Shown: positions 19,611-29,272, counted from the stretch's first letter. The stretch is 64,000 bases of DNA from Polyangiaceae bacterium (GCA_016929495.1 JAFGIS010000266.1:17260-81259), one strand, 5' to 3'. The notes: generated by a model not told the origin, from the sequence alone. Made by a program: numbers and translations.

Positions 19611-20683
19611 GGCGTCTTGCCTGGGGGTTGCGTTCCAACGGGGGGCGGGGCGGAGCTTTCGTTGGCCACGAAGTGCCGCGTGAGCACCTCGACCGCCCGG
19701 ACACGCTCGGAGATGCCCCGGGGACCCTTGGTGGCTTCTCCGTCCCCGATCCGTTCTATGAAGTCACGGCCCGGGAAATGCCCGGCTTGTCGTAGCAGTT
19801 CGATTCGGGCGGCGATCTCGATGATCGCGCTCATGTTGCGGCCTGGGCGGACAGGCAAGCGGACCTCCCGGATAGGCACGCCCAGGATCTCGCAGAAGTG
19901 GTCGTCGAGCCCGATGCGATCGTACGTGGCCTCGTCCCGCCAGAGCTCCAGCTGCACGACCAAGTCGACCCGCTTTCGATCTCGCACCGCAGTGACGCCG
20001 AACAGATCTCTGATGTTGAGGATCCCGAGCCCCCGAACCTCGATGTGGTGGCGCAGCATGCTTGCAGCTTCACCGAAAACCATTCCTGGTGGGCGGAAGT
20101 CGCATTCGATGACGTCATCGGCCACCAGGCGATGACCGTGGACAACCAGGTCCATCGCGCATTCGCTCTTGCCGATTCCGCTGCGGCCGAGCAGCAGCAC
20201 GCCCACTTCGAACACATCGACGAGCACTCCGTGGATGCGGGTCCGTGGGGCCAGCCGCTCGTCGAGCAGAGTATGGATGGCGGTGATGGACGCTGAGGAC
20301 CGTTCCGCGCAGACGACGAGTGGCGTGCCGGTCCGTTCGGCCTCTTCGCACAGGGGCGGTTTCGGTTCGGCCCCCCGCGTTACCATCACGCAAGCCAGGT
20401 TCGTCGAGAACAGATGCCGAGCGGCGTCGCGCTGCCCGGTAGGGCTGAGCGATTCCACGTAGCTCATTTCGGTCTCACCCAGTATCTGGATGCGAGTCGG
20501 AACGATCCCGTGCATGTGGCCGACCATCGCCAGCCCGGATTTCTGGATCCGGGGGTGGCTGATCTCGCGATCCAGCCCAGCAGCCCCCGCGACGAGCCGG
20601 ACGTTCAGCTGCAGCCCAGGGTCATCGAGCAATGCGCGGGTGGTGATCGTCCGCGCACCCGACGGGGGCTCGTACACGGTCAT
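19607..20683 (-). CDS. hprK: HPr kinase/phosphorylase
   Basis: It carries the Walker A of HprK (LLLGRSGIGKSECAMDLV) and the downstream signature region (HIEVRGLGILNIRDLFG). Its stop overlaps the rapZ start (ATGA). A Pro-rich C-terminal extension of about 40 aa is present. Confidence 0.9.
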   Translation of the reverse strand: MTVYEPPSGARTITTRALLDDPGLQLNVRLVAGAAGLDREISHPRIQKSGLAMVGHMHGIVPTRIQILGETEMSYVESLSPTGQRDAARHLFSTNLACVMVTRGAEPKPPLCEEAERTGTPLVVCAERSSASITAIHTLLDERLAPRTRIHGVLVDVFEVGVLLLGRSGIGKSECAMDLVVHGHRLVADDVIECDFRPPGMVFGEAASMLRHHIEVRGLGILNIRDLFGVTAVRDRKRVDLVVQLELWRDEATYDRIGLDDHFCEILGVPIREVRLPVRPGRNMSAIIEIAARIELLRQAGHFPGRDFIERIGDGEATKGPRGISERVRAVEVLTRHFVANESSAPPPVGTQPPGKTP

Positions 20684-20700
20684 GGCGCTATCTCAACCTT

Positions 20701-21165
20701 TCACTCTGCGTCGTGGGCTTCGATCAAGTTGTAGGCCTCGATGGGGCTGGCGGCGTGCTTCAGCTGATGGCGGGTCGAGTCGTCCCGAAGCAGCCGGGAG
20801 ATGCGGGCCAGCGTCCGCAGGTGTTCCCCGGTGGCTCGACGCGGTCCCACCACGCCGAACACGAGCTCTACCGCCTGTCCGTCGATCGCCTCGAACGGCA
20901 CGCCGCGGGGACATACGAGCAGGGCGGCCGCCTGTTTCACTGCTGCGTCAGCCGAAGCATGTGGGATGGCGACCCCGTCACCAATGCCCGTGCTCTGCAG
21001 TTCCTCTCGGTCTTTGAGGAGCCGTTCGACGACTTCCGGATCGAGTTCGACGGCCGGAGCTAGAAGACTGGCAAGCAGCTGCAGAGCTGCGCCTTTGTCC
21101 GGGACGACGCTCCCGGACGCATCGACCACGATTCGTTGCTCGGCAAGGATGTCGCTTAGTCGCAT
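20701..21165 (-). CDS. ptsN: PTS IIA-Ntr (nitrogen regulatory IIA protein)
   Basis: The 154-aa product has a PTS EIIA type-2 fold signature, with the phosphorylatable His in GIGDGVAIPHA. The start is taken at the ATG at 21165 (MRLSDILAEQ). The longer listed ORF (to 21582) runs through the hpf gene out of frame. Confidence 0.85.
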   Translation of the reverse strand: MRLSDILAEQRIVVDASGSVVPDKGAALQLLASLLAPAVELDPEVVERLLKDREELQSTGIGDGVAIPHASADAAVKQAAALLVCPRGVPFEAIDGQAVELVFGVVGPRRATGEHLRTLARISRLLRDDSTRHQLKHAASPIEAYNLIEAHDAE

Positions 21166-21205
21166 AGAGAACACACCCGCCAGTGAGAGGGTGGCTCCGG
21201 CGGGG

Positions 21206-21703
21206 CTAGCGGGGCGCTGCCCGCCTGGCTCGCACCTTCTTCTTGGCAACTGCCCTGGCCATTGTCTTGGTCGACGCGCTTGTCGAAGCTGCCGTTCGGG
21301 CCGGCGCTGCCCGCTTGGCTTTCTTGGGAGCCTTGGCCAGAGCCGACGCCGAAGCCGCTGTGACGCCTTCGAGAGCCTTGGGGAGCCTGCCTGTCCGCAC
21401 CGTCTCGCTGCCACGCTTCCTGGCCTGTTGTGCCCCCTTGGTGCCACGGATCTGCCGCTCGAGCTTCGCGACCACCCTGTCGATGGAAGCATAGATGTCC
21501 TCGCTCGCCTCGGTGGCCTCCAGCCTTTCGCCACCGCTCGACACGCGCGTCTCGGCCACGTGGTGCAGCTTCTGCAGCGCAAGAGTCACCTTGGCGGTCA
21601 TCGGCCGCCGCAGGAACTTCTGCAGCTTGGCCACCTTGTCCTCAGCGTATGACTTGATCGCGTCGCTCGGCTCCATGTGACGAAACGTGATGCTTATGTT
21701 CAT
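21206..21703 (-). CDS. hpf: Ribosome hibernation promoting factor (sigma-54 modulation protein family) with Lys/Ala-rich tail
   Basis: The N-terminal ~95 aa (MNISITFRHMEPSDAIKSYAEDKVAKLQKFL...IYASIDRVVAKLERQIR) is a canonical HPF/RaiA/YfiA domain, located immediately downstream of rpoN. The C-terminal ~70 aa is a basic Ala/Lys/Arg low-complexity tail. Confidence 0.85.
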   Translation of the reverse strand: MNISITFRHMEPSDAIKSYAEDKVAKLQKFLRRPMTAKVTLALQKLHHVAETRVSSGGERLEATEASEDIYASIDRVVAKLERQIRGTKGAQQARKRGSETVRTGRLPKALEGVTAASASALAKAPKKAKRAAPARTAASTSASTKTMARAVAKKKVRARRAAPR

Positions 21704-22027
21704 TGGCCCTCCTGGCACACGACCCACGATAGTCCAAGTGACGCGCGCGACGCGAAGCGTTTGCCCGCGACGGTCGAGATCCAGCTCGACGCAGACGCGC
21801 GATCGGCTTTTGGGCCGACATGTCCACTGCTCAGGTAGCACCGCGACTCGCGTCCCAGCACCGGCGCAAGTGTGCGGCGCAGTGGTCGGGACGCCGCCGA
21901 GGACCGCAGCGGCCCAGGAGGCCTCCTGGAGAGCTCGCGGCCAGCCGACGGACGTCGCCTGCGTCGATGAGGTCCATCGCGATCCAGCGCGGAAACTTGC
22001 TCGGGACGGGCCAAACACGCCACCCGG

Positions 22028-23527
22028 TCAGAACATGCGCCGACGTTTCGACGACGCCAATATGCCCATCATCTCTCTGTACTTCGCGACCGTCCTTCGC
22101 GCGATTCTGATGCCTTCGGACTTCTCAAGCATCTCGACGATGGCTTGGTCACTCAGCGGGTTGCTCTTGTCTTCGGCGTCGATCAGCTTCCTGATCGCCT
22201 GCTTGACGCTCTCGCTCGCAATGTCGTCGTCGGCGACACGCCGGATGCTCGAGTTGAAGAAGTACTTCAGCTCGTATAGCCCCTGGGGGGTATGCATGTA
22301 CTTGTTCGTCGTCACGCGCGAGATAGTCGACTCGTGCATGCCGACGGCCTCCGCGACATCCCGCAGGATCATTGGCTTGAGGTGGCCCACGCCCTGCTCG
22401 AAAAACGCACGCTGCTTCTCGACGATGCACTCCGCGACCCGGATGATGGTCTTGCGTCTCTGTTCAATGGCCCGTATCAGCCACTGGGCGTTTCGAAGCT
22501 TCTCGCCGATGAACTCCTTGGCCGATGGGTCTTGCAGCAATCGCTTGGTGAGCGCTTCATTGATGAATAGCCGCTGCATGCCGCGGTCGTTGTCCAGCAC
22601 CACGAACTCGTCCCCGTCTTTGATGACATAGACGTCCGGCGTGATGCCGATCGTACGGTCGTCGGTGTCCGAGAAGTTGCGTGCTGGACGGCTCTCGAGC
22701 TTCTGGATCTCACGCGCCGCCTCGTAGACTTCCTCGACCGACAACTTCATCTCGCGGGCAATCGCCTGGTAGTTGTGTTTCTCGAGATGATGCAGGTGCT
22801 GCTCGACGATTTCTATTTCCGTGTCTTCGTACCCGAAGGTCTTCGCCTGCACCAGAAGGCACTCACGAAGATCTCGGGACGCGACACCCACGGGATCGAG
22901 CTTCTGAATCATCTCCAGCACGATCGGGGCGTCGTCCGGGTGGAGCCCTGACTCACGAGCCAGATCTTCGATCGTCAGGTCCGGAGTGCGGGAGCCGTCG
23001 GGTAGCTCGACTCCAGCAAGGTCGAGATAGCCGCGCTCATCGAGGTTTCCGATGACCAACTCGCCGAAGCGACGCTCCACGTCGGTGAAGTCGCCCATCT
23101 GCAGCTGCCAGAGTAGATGCTCGTGTAGGCTCCCCGGCCGTGTGAGGTTCTGTTCGATGGGCGGCAGGTCCTCGAAGCCGCTGCGACCGCCGCCCTGCGG
23201 TGGCTGCTGCAACGTTCTGTTCTCGAGGAACTTCTCCCAATCCACCTCCCGGGCTGCCTGTTCCGTGACACGGGAATCGTTGTCGCGCTCCACGCGCTCA
23301 GTGCGCTCGGCATGGACGAACGAAGACGGGTCAGCCTGCTCGCTGTTCTCGATTCTCGAACGCTGCGGCTCGACCTCGTCTTCGGAGAGCACGGGGTTGT
23401 TGTCGAGCTCCTTGCGTACCTCGTCGACGAGCTCAAGCCTGGAGAGTTGGAGCAGCCGGATTGCCTGCTGCAACTGGGGCGTCATCACCAGCTGCTGCGT
23501 GAGGCGAAGTTGCTGCTTGATCTCCAT
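22028..23527 (-). CDS. rpoN: RNA polymerase sigma-54 factor
   Basis: Region I is present at the N-terminus (MEIKQQLRLTQQLVMTPQLQQAIRLLQLSRLEL), with the C-terminal HTH and RpoN box (ARRTVAKYRE). The start is taken at the ATG at 23527. Confidence 0.95.
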   Translation of the reverse strand: MEIKQQLRLTQQLVMTPQLQQAIRLLQLSRLELVDEVRKELDNNPVLSEDEVEPQRSRIENSEQADPSSFVHAERTERVERDNDSRVTEQAAREVDWEKFLENRTLQQPPQGGGRSGFEDLPPIEQNLTRPGSLHEHLLWQLQMGDFTDVERRFGELVIGNLDERGYLDLAGVELPDGSRTPDLTIEDLARESGLHPDDAPIVLEMIQKLDPVGVASRDLRECLLVQAKTFGYEDTEIEIVEQHLHHLEKHNYQAIAREMKLSVEEVYEAAREIQKLESRPARNFSDTDDRTIGITPDVYVIKDGDEFVVLDNDRGMQRLFINEALTKRLLQDPSAKEFIGEKLRNAQWLIRAIEQRRKTIIRVAECIVEKQRAFFEQGVGHLKPMILRDVAEAVGMHESTISRVTTNKYMHTPQGLYELKYFFNSSIRRVADDDIASESVKQAIRKLIDAEDKSNPLSDQAIVEMLEKSEGIRIARRTVAKYREMMGILASSKRRRMF

Positions 23528-23713
23528 GGCCGCGACGGCGTCGCCGACCCACCGGCGACCGACAGCAGTGTACCACCTTGTCCCTGCGGGCGTGCGGCTC
23601 GATGGAATCGAGGCCCCAGAACCACAGGGTCGTCGAGGCACTCGCTCGCATCTGTCCCAGAGAGTCCGTGCCTGACGCTCTCTGGGGGTAGGAAACGGTC
23701 CGCAATGGGCCAA

Positions 23714-24415
23714 CTACTGAAGATAGCGCTCTCGGACGGCCGGGTGGTCGGCAAACTGCTCTGGAGGGACTTCTGCTGCAATGACACCGTCCACCAGCAG
23801 GCGTGCTTCGTCGCACACACTCAGGGCCTCGCGAACCCGGTGGTCGGCAAGTACGACCGCACAGCCATCCCGAGCCGTTTCGCGCAGCAGTGTTCCCACG
23901 AGCCTTACTGCCGGAGGATCCAAGCCTGCGAAGGGCTCGTCGAGCACAAGCAACCTGGGATTGCCCAGCAACGCCCGCAGAAGCTCCAACCGCTTCCGTT
24001 CGCCGCCCGACAGGTCACCCGCCCGGACACCGAGACGTTCGCTCAGCCCCACGGCCGCCGCGTACAGCGTCGTGTCGTCCGCGGGTACGCCCGCCACGCG
24101 CCCGAAGGTCCTGATGTTCTGGTGCACGGACAGCTCCGTCAGAACGCTCGGCGTTTGGGGAACGTAGCCCAAACCGAGCCGGGCCCGCTTCCAGAGTGGG
24201 GTGCCGCTCACATCGCGTCCGAACAAGGCAATCGAGCCCGCCTGCGGCATCAGCTCGCCGACGAGGACGCGGAACAGGGTGGTCTTGCCCGCTCCACTTG
24301 GCCCGAGCACGCCGCTGATTCGACCACGTCCGACGTTCAAGTCGACTCCGCGCAACACTTCTGTCCCGCCCAGAGCCACGCGAAGCGCTCGTGCGCAGAG
24401 GACCACGTCCGTCAA
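23714..24415 (-). CDS. lptB: LPS export ABC transporter ATP-binding protein LptB
   Basis: It shows the Walker A (GPSGAGKTTLF), the ABC signature (LSGGERKRLE) and the Walker B (LLVLDEPFAGLD). It is directly upstream of rpoN, as in the conserved lptA-lptB-rpoN locus. The likely start is the TTG at about 24415, just after the lptA stop. The listed ORF (to 24553) overlaps lptA out of frame. Confidence 0.85.
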   Translation of the reverse strand: MTDVVLCARALRVALGGTEVLRGVDLNVGRGRISGVLGPSGAGKTTLFRVLVGELMPQAGSIALFGRDVSGTPLWKRARLGLGYVPQTPSVLTELSVHQNIRTFGRVAGVPADDTTLYAAAVGLSERLGVRAGDLSGGERKRLELLRALLGNPRLLVLDEPFAGLDPPAVRLVGTLLRETARDGCAVVLADHRVREALSVCDEARLLVDGVIAAEVPPEQFADHPAVRERYLQ

Positions 24416-24422
24416 ACCAGCC

Positions 24423-24932
24423 TCAGCGCGCAGGGGCCTCGACAGGGATGGAGCCCTTGACGTCGTGTAGACTGACCCGGCGGGTTGCGATCTCGATGAC
24501 AGCGCTGTCGGCATGGACCCAGGTCCGTCCGCGTCGGAGCTCGACACCTCCATTGAGCTTCACCTGGCGGCGGCCGACGTCGACTTCCACGAGCTGCGCT
24601 GTGGCTTCGATGTTGCGCAACGTGGCGCGCACGCCTCCGGTACCCCGCACCCACTTGACCGTGGGCGCTTCGTCGTATCGCATCTCGACTTTGGGGCACT
24701 GAACCTGAAGCTCGCCCAACGAGGCTCGAACGTCGCCTTCCAGCACCGCACGACCGCGCTCGATGTCGACATCGAGTCTCTGTGCTGTCACGTCCAGCAC
24801 CTCGTTTGCGATGACCCCAAGTGGATTGGCGCGAGCGGCTTCTCCGGTCGCCCACAGCAAGAAGAGACCTCCGGCGGCAGACCAGCACGCCGCACGGCCG
24901 AACCCTCTAAGGCTATAGGTAAGCGCAATCAC
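24423..24932 (-). CDS. lptA: LptA/OstA-like periplasmic LPS transport protein
   Basis: The 169-aa product has an N-terminal signal/anchor (AACWSAAGGLFLLWATGEAARA). A beta-rich repeat pattern (LDVTAQRLDVDIERGRAVLEGDV...V.L.G.V) resembles the OstA/LptA fold. The assignment rests mainly on its position upstream of lptB. Confidence 0.55.
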   Translation of the reverse strand: MIALTYSLRGFGRAACWSAAGGLFLLWATGEAARANPLGVIANEVLDVTAQRLDVDIERGRAVLEGDVRASLGELQVQCPKVEMRYDEAPTVKWVRGTGGVRATLRNIEATAQLVEVDVGRRQVKLNGGVELRRGRTWVHADSAVIEIATRRVSLHDVKGSIPVEAPAR

Positions 24933-25314
24933 GAGTAGCTACCTCACATTTTACTACGGCGCGTTTGGCCATGCTCGTGAGCAGTTGGTACTAGAAATCT
25001 TTGCTGTCGGGACCCCGTTGATCTCGGCTTCTGGCTGTGTTTTGCTGCGCTTCCGGGAAGCCCAGGCTGTGCTCCGCGTTGCTCCGCGGCCTGGGGTCCC
25101 CCGCGGAGGATGCGGAGGCGAAGCCGAAGCACAGCTCGGGCGCGCTGAGGTACCCACGTCCGCTCCGGGTCCCCAGATCCTGGGTCCCCAGACTCTGGAG
25201 CGCGAGAGCCCATCTGGTGCATTCTGGGGAAACTGCGCCAGAAACCGTGCTGGGCGGGCGGTTCGCCGAAAGTTTTCGGCATTGGCGTTAGACGTTGGCG
25301 GCGGCAGCTACGGA

Positions 25315-26916
25315 TCAAGGCGTTGGCGACTCGTTTGCCGACTCGGCCGGGATCGCGGCGACCTGCCGGGCGTTCGGTCGCCACAGGACCACGTAGGCTG
25401 GTCCGGCCCGGGTGGACACGCCAAGCGTCGCAACGGGTTCGAATCCCAACCAGCTGGCCAGCGATGCGACCCTCGCTTCCACTGGGCGCGCGAAGCGGGT
25501 CGAGGTCCACGGCTGACGCAGCTGCTCGCGTGGTGCCAGCATCAGAACGAGGGCGTCGACTTCTCGTGCTTGGAGCAGACTCTCGGTCACATGCTTGGAT
25601 GTATGCCCTCCGCGCAGCCGCGCCACCGTCGGATCGGTCACGCCAGCGAGGTCGAAGACGTCCGCCGCCGTGGCGAAGCCCACCCATCCCACATCCAGCG
25701 CGCCAACGTGGTGAGCCCCAGCCAGAACGGGGCGAGCTTGAGCCACAAGCGAGAGTCGGCTTGCTGCGACCTCGCGCGCGGCTCGTCCGGTCGTGACCCA
25801 CACGAACCCGCACGCAACGACCGCCGCGAGGATCCGGACAGTATTTGAGCGCAGCGATGTCGTCTCCGCCAATTCGCCGGCCACCAGCAACGCTCCTGGC
25901 AGCACCGGCACGAACAGTCGGAACAAAGCCATCCAATCGCCACCGGCCAGAACGACGGCTCCGATGTGCGCGGCAATCGCCACCGCGATGACGCGCCCGT
26001 CGCGACTCACACGCCAGAGCCCTCGCGGCGCGGCAAGCAGCCAAGTGGGACCGCACCACAGCAAGGCGCGCAGCGCGTAGTTCACGCCGTGGTCCACATC
26101 CGACGGCTTGGCGATGACCGACAGAGGCGCAGCCTGCCCGAAATATTGCCAGCGCAATGTGCCCGCCACAATGGCGGGCATTGCGGCCAGCCCCACCGAA
26201 GCCACCACAGCGGCTGCCGAACCTCGGGCCGCCAAAACGCGTCCACCGCAAAGAACGACGGCCCACGGGAGTAGCTCCGGTCTGAGCCCAGCGGCCAAAC
26301 CAGCCGCGAACGGCCCAAACCGCTGCCGAGTGAGCGCCAGCGTGGCGAGCAGAGTCACCAGCCCCGTTTCCATACCGGAAGTCGCCCACGCGGCGAGCGG
26401 AGCGCACACGGCCAGCATGAGCAACAGGATGAACCGCGCCAGGCTCTTCCGAGCGCATGAAAGACGAGCGCCCAGCCAGCCTGCCGCTATCAGCCAGCAT
26501 GCGGCGCCCAGCCAGCGCGCCGCCGACCATGCGCTCAGAGGCTCGCTCCGGGCCCATGGCGCGAGAAGCACTGCCCAGCCGAGCGGCGTCACGGCGTCGA
26601 CCACCGGTCCCGAGGCGTTGAAGCGATAGCCTTGACCGTGCGCGATGTGCCAGGCCACGCGCGGCGCGATGAACGCATCGTCCACGGTGAAGCCCCACAA
26701 AACCAGCATGGGGCACAATGCAACGGCCGCCGCGACCAGAGCCCCTGTCGCCTGCCCTGGCCAGCCACTCCCGCGCGGCCCGGATCTACTCGCGGCCAGC
26801 GTCGCCTTCCGGTCCTCGCTGTCGTCCGAGCGTGGCGCGCCCGGTCGCACCAAGGCCGCCGGCCGCTCGGGCTCGGCCAATGAACCGCGCATGGGTGGGT
26901 CGGCTCGAGATGGCAA
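25315..26916 (-). CDS. Polytopic membrane protein, possibly a GT-C-type glycosyltransferase
   Basis: There are at least 10 predicted hydrophobic helices. An early loop motif (FTVDDAFIAPRVAWHIAHGQGYRFN) resembles the Asp-containing first-loop motif of GT-C/arabinofuranosyltransferase-like enzymes. The family assignment is tentative. Confidence 0.5.
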   Translation of the reverse strand: MPSRADPPMRGSLAEPERPAALVRPGAPRSDDSEDRKATLAASRSGPRGSGWPGQATGALVAAAVALCPMLVLWGFTVDDAFIAPRVAWHIAHGQGYRFNASGPVVDAVTPLGWAVLLAPWARSEPLSAWSAARWLGAACWLIAAGWLGARLSCARKSLARFILLLMLAVCAPLAAWATSGMETGLVTLLATLALTRQRFGPFAAGLAAGLRPELLPWAVVLCGGRVLAARGSAAAVVASVGLAAMPAIVAGTLRWQYFGQAAPLSVIAKPSDVDHGVNYALRALLWCGPTWLLAAPRGLWRVSRDGRVIAVAIAAHIGAVVLAGGDWMALFRLFVPVLPGALLVAGELAETTSLRSNTVRILAAVVACGFVWVTTGRAAREVAASRLSLVAQARPVLAGAHHVGALDVGWVGFATAADVFDLAGVTDPTVARLRGGHTSKHVTESLLQAREVDALVLMLAPREQLRQPWTSTRFARPVEARVASLASWLGFEPVATLGVSTRAGPAYVVLWRPNARQVAAIPAESANESPTP

Positions 26917-26980
26917 GTGTTCAGCTACCAGCGCACAAAACTTCAGGCAATGCCGCTCGCGTTTCTACGATGTGCGTCGC

Positions 26981-29272
26981 ATGTCGGCAATCCACGTCGT
27001 CGTCCGTCCAGACCCGACTCGCGCCCGTGCTTCGGCAGAAGCATCCGCATCCGGACTATTCGACGTCGTCATCGACGGCGTCAACGTCACTGCACGCATC
27101 GGTGAAGGGCAAGCATTGGCACTTCTGGCCGAGCTGGCGCGCTTGGTCGCGGCGCTCGTCAGTGGCCGCCGCCGGCGCGCCACGCTCCGTCTGTACACCG
27201 ACAACGAGGCGTGGGAGGTCGGCCTTGAGGCCGATGGCACGGAAGCCCTCGTGAGCGTGTATCGAGCGGCTCCCAGCGCTGAGGTCGCCGTGGACGCAAG
27301 TCGGGTATCGATGGCCGCGCTGCGGAAGGGCGTGCTGTCAGCGCTCGACGAGGCAACCCGAGGTTCGTGTCCGCCGAACTTGGGAGCGTCTCTGGCACTG
27401 GCTCGAGCGGCACTGGCCGAGGCGATACCCAGCCAGCCTGCACCCGCACGAGTCTGCAAGGTGTCGGAGATCTCCTCTGCCGCTCGCCGGACTCTGACCC
27501 TGGTCGCCAGCGGCGAGTTTCGCTGTGCCGAGCCCCGATGCGACCCGATCCACGACGATCCGCAGCTCGAGCAGGCAGATCTGCACGCCCTGCTGCTCAA
27601 GGGGACTCTGATCGCGTGCTCTCGCGACAGGCGCGTCGCGCTCTCCCAGGTGCACCTGTTTCTGGTCGCCGAGCGGCTCGTGGCACTGGCCGAGGAGGTC
27701 TTGGATGCATGGCAGCACGCGAGACCCCTGTTCCGCCGAATCCAAGCGGGTGAACTGCGTGTCGGCGTTCGTCGGGGACCCGGTGATGCCAGCCTGGCGC
27801 TGACATTGGGGCGCCGACAATCGCAGGCCACGACCCCAGCTCTGACTTTCCCAGAGATCACGCCGACCGTTCTGGTCAAGACCGTAGCCGAATTCGCGCG
27901 CGCCCTGTCCGAGGCCATCGTCCGCCATGACGCTGGGCAGCAGCGCAATCTGCGGCTGGCGGCACTTGCCGAACAGGCTGATCGGCTGACCAAGCGGCTT
28001 CGGGCTGCCACAGAAGACGATTCCCTGACCAACGTCGAGCCGGACGCGTATCGTGTCTTCTCCACTCCGGCACGTCCCAGCGAGGCACAAGGCCGATGGG
28101 AACATGGGGGACGGATCCGGTTCACGCCCCGCTGGGTGGCAGCCGTTCCGAACATCGATCTGCGCTCAGCCTTGCTCGTTGACGGCAAGCTGGTCGTCGG
28201 TTCCCAGCGCGAACTCATATGTTTGGCCACGGGCAGCGGCGATGTGCTCTGGAAGGCCATCAGCGCACGAGCTGGTAGCGTGGCAACGGCATCTGGCTTG
28301 GTGCGGATCTTCCCGGACGGACGCGTGGTGATGCACGACATGGAGACCGGACAGGTCCGGTTCAGCACCAAGCTCACGCCGCGGGGCGCTGGCGGAGCTA
28401 CCGGCGCCGTGGTGCAGGCGCCTGGCCTGCCGAAGATGCTCGTCGTGGCCGAAGGGGATCGCCAGGTGACCGCGCTGGACCTGGTATCAGGCGAGATCCG
28501 GTGGCGTCACACGGCCAAGGCAGTGGGCTGCTTTCGCGTGAGGCGCGCTGGAAAACTGCTGATTGTCGCCGGTGGCGACACGACCATGGTGGCCCTGGAG
28601 GTCGACACGGGGGCCGTCATCTGGCGCGTCCATGAGCGGCTCCCGTTCACGGGCGACCTGGTGGTTGAAGGGGATTCCTTGTTCGCGGTTTCGGGCGCGC
28701 GCCACGGCCCGTCGAGCGTGCACAGGCTCGACGTGTGGACGGGCCGCCAGGTCTGGACGGCCGAACTCAGCGCTCGACCGCTGTGGGGACAGCCACCTCT
28801 GCTCGCCGACGAGGTCATCGTGCTGCCGGTCCGCGACCCCAAGGGTGTGGGAGCGCTGGCAGTAGACCGCGAAAGCGGACAACCCGCGTGGGCGCAGACG
28901 CCCGGGGTGGCTGCCCACACGGCCGCATGGCTCGGCATGCCCGACTGCATCGTGGCGAACACCGCCGACGGTACACTGTTGTGCCTCGAGGCCAAGACGG
29001 GCCTGCCGCGGTTCTGCCACGTCTTCTCTCGGCCGCGAGACGGCGACCAGCCTCGACGGCTGGAGCCGACTCTGCGCGCTGGTGCGCTGTTCGTCCCGCA
29101 GCACCAGGTGTACGTGGTGCGTCCGCGCGACGGAGAGGTCATCGGAGCCGTACCCGGCGACCTCGTCCCGGACTGGCTGCGGGTCGACGAGCAATGCAAC
29201 GTGTACCTCGCAGAAGAGAGCGGGCACCTGTCCGCGTTTCGCGCCCTGGCCGAATTGACCCGGATCAAGTAG
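26981..29272 (+). CDS. PQQ-like beta-propeller repeat protein with an unrecognised ~380-aa N-terminal domain
   Basis: The C-terminal half has repeated ...G.v.W... blades (GDVLWKA, GEIRWRH, GAVIWRV, GRQVWTA, GQPAWAQ) typical of PQQ/BamB-like propellers. The start is taken at the ATG at 26981 (MSAIHVVV), because upstream ORF sequence overlaps the preceding minus-strand gene. No signal peptide is visible. Confidence 0.65.
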   Translation: MSAIHVVVRPDPTRARASAEASASGLFDVVIDGVNVTARIGEGQALALLAELARLVAALVSGRRRRATLRLYTDNEAWEVGLEADGTEALVSVYRAAPSAEVAVDASRVSMAALRKGVLSALDEATRGSCPPNLGASLALARAALAEAIPSQPAPARVCKVSEISSAARRTLTLVASGEFRCAEPRCDPIHDDPQLEQADLHALLLKGTLIACSRDRRVALSQVHLFLVAERLVALAEEVLDAWQHARPLFRRIQAGELRVGVRRGPGDASLALTLGRRQSQATTPALTFPEITPTVLVKTVAEFARALSEAIVRHDAGQQRNLRLAALAEQADRLTKRLRAATEDDSLTNVEPDAYRVFSTPARPSEAQGRWEHGGRIRFTPRWVAAVPNIDLRSALLVDGKLVVGSQRELICLATGSGDVLWKAISARAGSVATASGLVRIFPDGRVVMHDMETGQVRFSTKLTPRGAGGATGAVVQAPGLPKMLVVAEGDRQVTALDLVSGEIRWRHTAKAVGCFRVRRAGKLLIVAGGDTTMVALEVDTGAVIWRVHERLPFTGDLVVEGDSLFAVSGARHGPSSVHRLDVWTGRQVWTAELSARPLWGQPPLLADEVIVLPVRDPKGVGALAVDRESGQPAWAQTPGVAAHTAAWLGMPDCIVANTADGTLLCLEAKTGLPRFCHVFSRPRDGDQPRRLEPTLRAGALFVPQHQVYVVRPRDGEVIGAVPGDLVPDWLRVDEQCNVYLAEESGHLSAFRALAELTRIK

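Noticed and set aside
24944-26716. 590-aa minus-strand ORF overlapping 25315-26916 in another frame
   Set aside because: The product is extremely Arg/Gly-rich and has no hydrophobic helices. The alternative frame gives a coherent multi-TM protein. It also runs through the non-coding lptA leader.
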